Of a stretch of 60,000 nt of DNA, positions 25,164 to 34,979 are shown piece after piece. The position numbers and the translations under genes were made by a program. Source of the stretch: Botryllus schlosseri (taxonomy: Eukaryota); NCBI GenBank assembly GCA_051294905.1, contig CM119371.1, positions 31,870,001 through 31,930,000 of the forward strand, read 5' to 3'. The notes under the pieces were generated by a model that searched no databases, had not been told where the DNA came from, and saw only the letters and a list, made by a program, of their open reading frames with translations. How positions within the stretch are numbered: the first letter of the stretch is position 1; every line of letters starts with the position of its first letter.

Positions 25164-25237
25164 GTGTAAACAAGTTACAGGAGCCGACTGGGGATACGGG
25201 TGACCTATACTCTGTCGTAGACAAAAGAAAAACTTAA
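25164..25237 (+). CDS. Copy B exon 10: GVNKLQEPTGDTGDLYSVVDKRKT*
   Basis: ctag|GT acceptor; end of ORF 25001-25237. Confidence 0.75.
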
Positions 25238-26477
25238 GGTAACATCACACTGCATTGTAATCAAAATTATGGTTTCATGCGCTGAGGTAATATATTCTAT
25301 TCTATTTTAATCATAATAAGGCAATATTGTATGGAACTACTTTTATTGGGCAGAAAGTAGCTTTAATCATTGACATCGTTAATAGTCAATATTTCGCAAT
25401 GTGAATTAGTACTCAATTACAAGCAGAAGTAGCGACTGTCAGGACATTGAAATTAACCTACTTCAAATAGACGTATAAAACTAAAGGTCTGAAATATGTT
25501 TGAGTCAATTGTTGAAAGAAATTGGTTAGGACATGGTGTCGCCGGTGCAGCGCAGTCAGTTGTCTTCGACTTGTGCAGTGGGAAAAATTGCCATCGTAAA
25601 ATTCGAAAATGATCTCCATCAATACACAGTTCCTCCTTCATAACACAAGACTACAAAACCGAATACGAATATATTAGATATGCGCAGAGCGACAGTGGCG
25701 GACCGATATTTTTTCTTGAAGGTTAGACAACGACGATGCGAGGAGTGGAGTGTTTTGGCATCTCATGCGAACAAGAGAATAGCGGCTACCTTGTGCGTAC
25801 GCAATGGGGAGTAAATATATCGGTTGGAGCAGTGGACATATGGACACATAACGAGACCAACCGGAACTTAAGTTTAATATCATTTTGTATTCACCTACGC
25901 CTCAATAAGAATGAAATATATTGTAAAATCTACTCCGTGTTATTTAATACAGATATACTGTGACCTCCAAGCGTGTCTGGGTGTGTTACCAAGCTAATCA
26001 ACCCCTGCGCTGTCATAATTCACATCAGACCTATAGCCGATTGTTTAATGGTACCTGGCCCGCACAGGCACAGCTTAAAATATTTTGTAGGACATTGTTG
26101 TACGCATACCTGTAGGTATGGTTGCAATGAGCAAAGCTACCTTCAACTTTTGGTATCATTGGTAGTCATTTAACCTATAGTTGTCCCTCAAGAAGACGGG
26201 AACGTGTTGGATGATTATATCACCCATTACAATTGCAGGGTTGCGTTCATATATGTAGCCATAGTAGTCACCATAGTCAGTGCTGATACTCAAGTAGAAG
26301 TAGAAGTTGCGAGTTTAAGTAAAAGTAGAAAATCAAAGGACTGAAAAGTACCCAGTAAGTATAGTTTCCAAATTTAGATGTGGTCGCGCGTACGCATGCT
26401 TTTGGCAGTTAATCGGTGATCGCTGCTTTCGAACAAGCGAGATACATCTTCGCGACGAACGCAAAATGACTGATTAC

Positions 26478-27345
26478 TAGGGCAAGCTTTTGCAGCAATA
26501 AAACCGCAAGAAAGTTGCACTTAATGTTTACAAAAGTTGCAGTAAAAACTTGCATTTATAATTTTTGTTCAATTAATAGTGTATGAGATACTGGAAAGGT
26601 TCCGTCGTATACCCAAGTTCAGGCAGAGCTTTTAAATTTATTTATTTGCGTTTTCACGAACATTCTGGCAAGACCGTCAAACTTCTGGCGGGACACAGCA
26701 TGAAAAATAAGCAATGCGGGAATAATTTTTCCCTAAAAAGCCAAACAGCACAGAATAAAACAAGTCAGATAACACAGCAAAACCGCCTTGGTCTGCAAAC
26801 TGGACCCAGGGTGTTTCAGAAACACTCACTCTTGGCGACTTTAACAAAATAAATAGCCTGAATGAGGAGACCAAGTGAAAATGCAATTTTCGGTGGTCTC
26901 GCCTGGGTGTTCGTGAAATGGGAAACTATCTCAAATTTAAACGACAGAATTGATAAAGCGATCTATTTTCATAGTGTTAGGACACCGTCGTGCTTGGCAA
27001 GGGTAGTTGAACTTCTTGCTTGCTAGCCATTGGGTCATAGAAAACAGTGAGATGCAGCTAACCCATCATATGCTGTATATTTTTATTATGCAAATAAATG
27101 TGAATACAACCATACTAGGAATAGTTTATAGCATGGCTATAAATCACTCCTTTACATTTTAACGCAATATTTGATCAAAGTTGAAGTAAAAATTGGTATG
27201 AAAAATATAAGAATATAGTTGCAAAAAGTTGCACTATAAAATCCCTCCAAACAGATTAAAACATAATATTACATAGATTTTGATTATCTAGGAAGCTGTC
27301 GGAAGCTGTAAAAAAAAGTTGCAAAAGTTGCAAAAACTCGCCCTT
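26478..27345 (+). mobile_element. hAT-type element with AAAAGTTGC subterminal repeats
   Basis: Ends TAGGGCAAG / CTCGCCCTT; perfect TSD ctgattac. Inverted relatives end near 29040 and lie at ~1783-3130. Confidence 0.8.
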
Positions 27346-27780
27346 CTGATTACGCTACAAGTAGGTAACATCTTCGAAAATATATTTATGAGGTAATGTG
27401 ATGGCTATGGCAAGTTTTTTTTTCAATTTTACGTACAGCTACTGGTAGCTCCCTAAACACTCAAAATTGATGTAGCATGATATTGGAAGCTATATATTGT
27501 AATTTATTTCTGTTTTTCGTGCAGATTTTTTACTGCAATTTATATAAAATATTGTCCAACAACCCTAGCGGAGCACGACAGTGCCTGAACTAGATGTATA
27601 TAGAGCGCTTGATTAATTCTTTGCCGTTTAAACATGAGACAGCTAGTCTTAGTTTCCCATTTCAAGTAGGCTACACTCGGATAAGACCACTGAAAGTTAT
27701 ATTTGACTTGGTCACCTTTTCAGGCTATTGAGCTTGGCTACAATGTTTTGGGTCAAGTTTGCAGGATTAGGGATTTGTGG

Positions 27781-28612
27781 TAGGGTTTCCATACGTTCGT
27801 AATTTCCCAGACATGTCCAGAATTTCACTGCTTAAAATGCGTCCGGAAGGAAATTCTAAAACACGCGCAAATATCCGGAATTTCGAAGGTATGAATATTA
27901 CTCAGAGTTTTGTCGTAAATCAACATAAAAATATTTTTGGATGCAGATTTATGCTAATTGATATTTTTCTTCGCGCGATTTAGTGTCACATATATTTACG
28001 TTAATATAGGGACCACCACCCTCGCAGAAATGCAATCAAAAATATATAAAACTACCCATCATTTACTGAACGGTATATCCCTGGAGTCGATTAAGGCCGT
28101 CTGGATGCTTGAGGCAATACAGTAGTTCTCAACCTGGGTCGATTTGGGATCGCAAAGATGTTGAATAATCAGCTTCCAAAATCGGCCGTGTGTAAGTCTG
28201 GGGAGCAAAGGTGATGATGACCTATTTTTAGTAATCAGCTTATCGAATTTTGCGGTGGGCCAAGGAAGATTTTCGAATTGGAAATGGAGTCGCGACCTAA
28301 AAAGGCTGGAAACCAGCGGATGTGCAACCTGCTGGTGCGGGCCGGCATTTTGGCACATAAATAGTCTCATCTGATACGGCCCGATACATGATTTCACCCG
28401 GCCCGTGAAAAAATTTGTTGTAGGTTCTAGCAATCACGAGACCTCACATTACACATGGCCCAATTCCGTTACGCTCCTGTATACAGTCGATAGGCAGATC
28501 TTTGATAATGTGACATCATTTTGACATACAATGTGTTAATACGTCATTTTAAATCTGCTAGTAGGCGCTCAAGAGTGTCCAGAATTTGAGCCGCTAAAAT
28601 ACGGTAACCCTG
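27781..28612 (+). mobile_element. Blackjack-like MITE containing smaller MITE pieces
   Basis: TIR TAGGGTTTCCATA / TACGGTAACCCTG; TSD atttgtgg/gtttgggg (6/8). Confidence 0.65.
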
Positions 28613-29883
28613 GTTTGGGGTGTGCTATTTGACTTGTTTTGGGGAGACGGAAGGGTCATTATAACTTCACTGTTTGGCTTTTTGCTGACGATTATTTCCA
28701 CATTGAGTTAGTATCTTTCTGCGTACCGACAAAATATATAATCCATGAAATGGGAAAGTATCACATCTGACAGCTCTGCAGGTGCTGCCATCGAAATGCT
28801 GCCATGTTGGTTTCAAACCCAAAAAGTGTGTGCAACTGTGCATGATCGGTTGAATAGCTAAGAAAGAAACGGCGCACGCAGACACCCTGCAAATCTTAAA
28901 AACTCTAGGTTTATACAACGGAACCTTTTGATTATCTCATACTCTACTCTAAAAAAATATAGCAGCAACATTTTACTGCAACTTTTGTTAAAATTCAGTG
29001 CCACTATATCACGATTTTAGTGCAGCAAAAACTTACTCTAGTGATGGCTATTTCACGCGGTTATCATGATGATTTCACACATATAAATGATGCAAACTTA
29101 TTTCAATCCTATATCTGCCATTGTACAAAGTGCAAATTGTAAGAATTAAGTATAGTTTTGCATAAAAACTTTTCAAAAAGTAGTCTAATATCAGAACCGC
29201 TTGAGTAAGTGTTGCAAGTAGGCAAAAATACTCGGGTACTTGGATAAAGCGTAAGCTAAGTACTTCGTTACTGACCACATCCGCTTGTATTTGCAACCGC
29301 TTTCCGCACCGGCGTATAAGTAATAAGATATACCTTGTAGCAGTAGTTCTCAATCTTTTTGACCTCGTGGAACTGTAAAACTTCAACGGATATGTTGCAG
29401 ACCGGTGAACCTTGAAAAACCAAATCCACAAATTCAATTGGGCAAATGCATTCATCATAGATGGAATATCGGAAACCTCACTTAATGATGACTTTTTATG
29501 CGATATATTGATACCTGGGTGTATTAAAGTTTCTCCAAGGCAGTGGTTCTCAACCTTTTTCACCTCGCGGACCCGTACAATTTCAAAAAATATTTGACGG
29601 ACCGGTGGACTTTCAAAAATTGAAATTAACCAAATATGCAAAGTATGCCACCATTACTTGCAACTTGCAAGTATATGGTGCTAGAGAGTGACATTTGAGA
29701 GTTTTGACCGTACTTAATGATGTCCAAGATAGCATCCATGTGATTTTAGCAACGTGCTACCGCGGAGAGTCGTTTAAAGTCTTTCGTGCCGAAAGCCGCG
29801 GATTTGACCGACCATGCCAACTCGAGTAATATTCTTCTCTCCTACAATATCGAGAGAAAAAGCGTTTTAAGGCTGTATCAGAC

Positions 29884-30481
29884 TATAGATAACTAACCTA
29901 CGGATAGATGGGCAAGACGAGAGTCACGGTCGAGTGATGCGACAACGGCAGATTTGTTGTCGCTTAATAGCATGAAACGGGAGCGTAATTGCTAAGCCCA
30001 TAGATGACGACCCGAGCGCTCAAATCAAATAAAGTTGATCTTATTTGAAAGCTACAATCGCGCTGATTCTGATAATATACATTAAATTTTCATCAAGGCA
30101 ATGGAACCACCCCGAAATAGCTTTCAAAATATGAAAATCGGCATTGTTCTAAACAATCGCAACCACGCACAGACCGTTGTTATGGTCATTGTGCTGCGCC
30201 GTTGCAATTGTTTTAGAACAATGCCGATTTTCATATTTTGAAGGCTATTTCGGGGTGGTTCCATTGCCTTGATGAAAATTTAATGTATATTATCAGAATC
30301 AGCGCGATTGTAGATTTCAAATAAGATCAACTTTATTCAATTTGAGCGCTCGGGTCGTCATCTATGGGCTTAGCAATTACGCTCCCGTTTCATGCTATTA
30401 AGCGACAACAAATCTGCCGTTGTCGCATCACTCGACCGTGACTCTCGTCTTGCCCATCTATCCGTAGGTTAGTTATCTATA
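29884..30481. mobile_element. 598-bp foldback MITE, P-element-like
   Basis: Near-perfect ~270-bp inverted arms starting TATAGATAACTAACC; 7-bp TSD atcagac. Confidence 0.85.
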
Positions 30482-30540
30482 ATCAGACGAGGCGATGCCG
30501 GCGATGCCGGCCGATAATTTCTCTACCATCATGTGTTTAT

Positions 30541-32847
30541 CAGTGATGAGCACCGGAGCGGAGTCGGAGTGGATTCGGAGCGGAGTTTTGCCAATTTTGT
30601 GATACCCGGAGTGGAGTCGGAGTTTACAACAGATATTTTTCCGGAGTTTTACGGAGTATTGTGAGTTTGGCCCCCGATATCTTTCGATAGCTTTGACCAG
30701 AAGACACTATTGATTACAAACCAAAACACAGACAGTTGACACCTTGTAAAGTTGTAATATGACCGGTAACATGCAAAAATGATTGACAAGTGCATAAAAA
30801 TCAGCCATCTGCACTGCAATTGGGGACTGGAGAGTAACCTAGTGATCTAGCAAGGCATTTCCGCTGAGCAGTGTCTGTAGTTCACAAACTTGAAGACACC
30901 CAATATCGTTCGCAGCGCATCATTTTCTACCTGCAATGAGATGCAGTCTTTGAATCCACTGCTGAATGTCACCATATTATGAGATAAGATCTCCAGAATC
31001 TTCCACGTTGCTGTCATTGCAGTCTTCTATAGTCACATCATATTCCTCCTTGCGTATTTGTTTCGTGACTAATTTTCATGCTACCCCAGTAATTGTGCGA
31101 AACATTTACAATCAGCAACATACAGCGGGGCTTCCCTATGGTACAGCCTTTGGCTACCCTGATTCTTCCAGCAAGTTGATGATCATAACGGAATATATCA
31201 CATTATCCTGATGACATTCAATATAGTAATAGGTCCATTTTGTGAAAATGTATTCCCAACGTTGGTATCAGTTGAAACAAGATAATATCCGATACCACTT
31301 TTGTGATAACTTTTCGCAACTTTCATCGTACTTGCAATTTGCAGTGAGAGATATCGATAATAAGTGTTACATCAATATTACCTTTATATCTGTGAGAAAT
31401 ATACATACAACAAGCAAGTATCTGGATGGAAACAATAATAACTTATGCAATGTGTTACATGATTTAATGACATTGCGACGAATTTTCGCTAGTAAGATCC
31501 GCTCACAGAGGCATACCAGCATCTAAGCCCGCTTTAAATATTTCAACAATACATAAATCACTAAGGTAAGCTGATCTTACCCTGTAAAAACAGAATATTC
31601 CGAATTTCCGAACAGTCACACTAAATAACTACAACCGTCTGCTTTGCTCTGCTCGCATCAACTCAACTACGCTTCCTTCAATATTGATTGACGTAGTCAG
31701 TCATCCAGAACTCTTCTGAATTTTCGTCATGTAATGTTTGGTTTGATTGAGAAATGACCTTGATGTGATGTGAAAAATCAGCACCGCAATCAAGTTTCTG
31801 CTGCTGGTCTGTCTCAGACTCCAAATTCCAGATATCATGTATCAGCTTCAAAATTGGAAGTCACAAGTCATTTAGTCGACTTCAAGGAGCGTCGATCGGT
31901 GCGTCAGTGATGCATCATGTATGTTTAGTGCAGTGCAGTTCTATCAACTGTTTCATGGCGATGCGGAACTTAATTTACTGAAACCTGTGATGTGATCGTC
32001 GATTTCAGTGGTGTTAGTGGTAGTTAGTTCGAACTGACTGGTCTTCCTTCGTCATTTTAATATAATGACTGAAGCACCGTCGACGTCAAGTGGGTTACTC
32101 ACTAAGACGCAGAAAAAGAGTGACGTGTGGAAGGATTTCACTCTGATGCTGCATGATAATAACGGCCAGTATACTGGGTTTGCGAGATGTCAAAATTGCA
32201 ATGTTCAGCTAAAGCATCACAAGTTGACAAGTGGTACGTCGCATCTTCGAAGACATATCGAAGCTTGTAAGAAGAATTGATCGCAGTTGAAATGCAAGTA
32301 AGCGAGTAATCAAAGGAGAAGGTGAGCATGGGGAACACTGATCGCCGGGTGGAGAATACCGAAGAAGTGCCGGTTTGCCGTGGTGTTGTGCAGAAGACGT
32401 TTTGCCATCCAGATTTACGGTGAAACGTAAGTTCGATGAGGAGGCTTCATCTTTGAAGCAGAAGCTGTCAGAGGAACTAAGAGTTGCTATCAAGTGTTAT
32501 GGGCTGGCTGGCATCACCACAGATATGTGGACCGATCTAAAGGGTCGCAGTTCTATTAGCTTGACTGTCCATTTTGTTGGAGAGAACTTGACTCTCAGAA
32601 GTAATGTTGCGACTGTTCGGCAATTCACGGATACTAAAAAAACTGGTATGAATATCAGACAGGCTATCGAAAACATCGATTGGGATTCTTCGACAATGGT
32701 CTGAATATATTTCGGGGACTGGACAAGATTCTTCGGGTTATCTCGGAGTCTGGGATTGAGATCCCCGGAGTCGGAGGGACTTTGCCTCAGAGACCAAAGT
32801 TGTCGGAGGGACTCGGAGTCTCGAAAAGCAGACTCCGCTCATCACTG
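30541..32847 (+). mobile_element. Internally deleted hAT (Ac/hobo/Hermes-like) transposon
   Basis: TIR CAGTGATGAGC / GCTCATCACTG; perfect TSD gtgtttat; CGGAGT subterminal repeats; transposase remnant inside. Confidence 0.9.
32065..32704 (+). pseudogene. hAT transposase N-terminal remnant (BED finger plus start of the DDE domain)
   Basis: SDVWKDF...CQNC...GTSHLRRH (BED), then LPSRFTV...ITTDMWTD...SLTVHF...KTGMNI; stops and frame change between them, 3' part missing. Confidence 0.85.
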
Positions 32848-33947
32848 GTGTTTATATAGCTCAGTGGTGAGAGATCGTTGCACTTGATTAGTTTCAGAAG
32901 GCGTTGACCCGTTGCATTTAAACCTGCTCGGGGATGATTGACATCTGCGAATCGGTTTTTTGTTGTTGTACACATGTACAGGTCAGGTACACTGTACGTA
33001 CAACGTACATACTACCGTATTATGATCAGTGATGGGCGGATAGTGATTTCTGAGAATCCGAATCCATCCGACAGCTCAAAGCTCTGATGAGCAATCCTTC
33101 CGAATACGAACTATCTCATCCAAATACCCATGCAAATCCGAAAAATCTTGTCCATAATCCAGAAAATCCAAACAGAATAAATATTCCGAAGAATCCCAAT
33201 TGTGCAGCGGAGCTAGATACATTTACGGCCTAGAGTTGGCTGGTTTATATTTGCTTGGACCTTTGACAAAACAACTTTAGAGTGCTACCAGTCCTATAAC
33301 AAGGGGTACACTGTCCGTTTTGGTTGTCGAGCTGACGATTCTTTTCTTTCGACTTGAAGTCAAAAGTCACGTCTGGTCAAAATTATCCGGAAACAAAGTT
33401 ATAACTAGCCGAAAATATTCGAAACTAATTCTGCAATATGGTCATGATGTCTGTCCAATGTGTTCATGCTGCAATGTCTTGTCGAATGCTGGAACCTTCT
33501 CTGAACCATGGTAGTTTGGTATTTGCAAGGGTAGGTCAAAAAAGTTGAAGGTAGCACGAGTTTTGACTGCCATGATAGCTGTGGAAGAATATGCGCGTGC
33601 TGATGCTACTCGAAGGTGGTGGGTGCATCCGATTTTGCAATGCCGGCTTATACTGGATAAGTGGAGCGGCTCAATAATTTAGTACTACATCGCAGTAATT
33701 CGTTTCGCAATGCCTCGCCAGAAGGTCCGTCCGCCAAACGGCTTGAGCAAAAGTGACGCTATTCAAGTCTCGACACTGGTTTATATATGGATACGCATGA
33801 GCGCATCTCCCACTTCTCTCATCGCCGGCGATGTCACCGAGTTAATTGACACTGTCAATTAAAATCGGCGGCGATTCGGCCGATGGCAGCGATGATAAAA
33901 CGAACACTAACGCTCCGCCGGCATCGCCTCGTCTGATACAGCCTTTA

Positions 33948-34979
33948 TGGCTGTATCAGACGAGGCGATGTCGGCCGATAATTTCTCTACCATCATGTGA
34001 GAGATCGTTGCACTTGATTAGTTTCAGAAGGCGTTGACCCGTTGCATTTAAACCTGGTCGGGGATGATTGACATCTGCGAATCGGTTTTTTGTTGTTGTA
34101 CAGGTCAGGTACACTGTACTTGTACATGTGTACAACGTACATACTACCGTATTATGATCAGTGATGGGCGGATAGTGATTTCTGAGAATCCGAATCCATC
34201 CGACAGCTCAAAGCTCTAATGAGCAATCCTTCCGAATACGAACAATCTCATCCAAATACCCATGCAAATCCGAAAAATCTTGTCCATAATCCAGAAAATC
34301 CGAACAGAATAAATATTCCGAAGAATCCCAATTGTGCAACGGAGTTAGATACATTTAGGGCCTAGAGTTGGCTGGTTTATATTTGCTTGGACCTTTGACA
34401 AAACAACTCTAGAGTGCTACCAGTCCAGAAACAAAGTTACAACTAGCCGAAAATATTCGAAACTAATTCTGCAATATGGTTATGATGTCTGTCCAATGTG
34501 TTCATGCTGCAATGTCTTGTCGAATGAAACCTTCTCCGAACCATGGTAGTATGGTATTTGTAAGGGTAGGTCAAAAAAGTTGAAGGTAGCACGAGTTTTG
34601 ACTGCCATGATAGCTGTAGAAGAATATGCGCGTGCTGATACTACTCGAAGGTGGTGGGCGCATCCGATTTTGCAACGCCGGCTTATACTGGATAAGTGGA
34701 GCGGCTCAATAATTTAATAGTACATCGCAGTAATTCGTTTCGCAATGCCTCGCCAGAAGGTCCGTCCGCCAAACGGCTTGAGCAAAAGTGACGCTATTCA
34801 AGTCTCGACACTGGTTTATATATGGATACGCATGAGCGCATCTCTCACTTCTCTCATCGCCGGCGATGTCGCCGAGTTAATTGACACTGTCAATTAAAAT
34901 CGGCGGCGATTCGGCCGATGGCAGCGATGATAAAACAAACACTAACGCTCCGCCGACATCGCCTCGTCTGATACAGCCT
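33948..34979. mobile_element. PIF/Harbinger non-autonomous element, copy 2 (tandem)
   Basis: Near-identical to copy 1 minus its insertions; TTA on both sides; same TIR. Confidence 0.85.

Larger units (their letters stand above)
14369..25237 (+). pseudogene. Receptor copy B, complete 10-exon structure (560 codons if read through) with an in-frame TAG at 23669-23671: pseudogene or secreted 412-aa form
   Basis: Exons 14369-14492, 14771-15118, 16417-16617, 22096-22256, 22613-22748, 22810-22920, 23514-23765, 23994-24089, 24169-24348, 25164-25237. All are GT-AG and phase-compatible. The only lesion found is CAG>TAG relative to copy A. Confidence 0.7.
29870..33944. mobile_element. PIF/Harbinger non-autonomous element, copy 1 (carries two insertions)
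   Basis: TIR AGGCTGTATCAGACGAGGCGATG, interrupted at 29884; TTA TSD; internal RRWWVHPILQ Harbinger-transposase-like motif at 33611. Confidence 0.8.

Noticed and set aside
28667..28918. Cys-rich minus-strand ORF resembling another sushi exon
   Set aside because: It lacks the sushi W and final C and lies inside an inverted copy of the 26478-27345 transposon family. WQHF and TNSMWK fit a decayed BED finger better.
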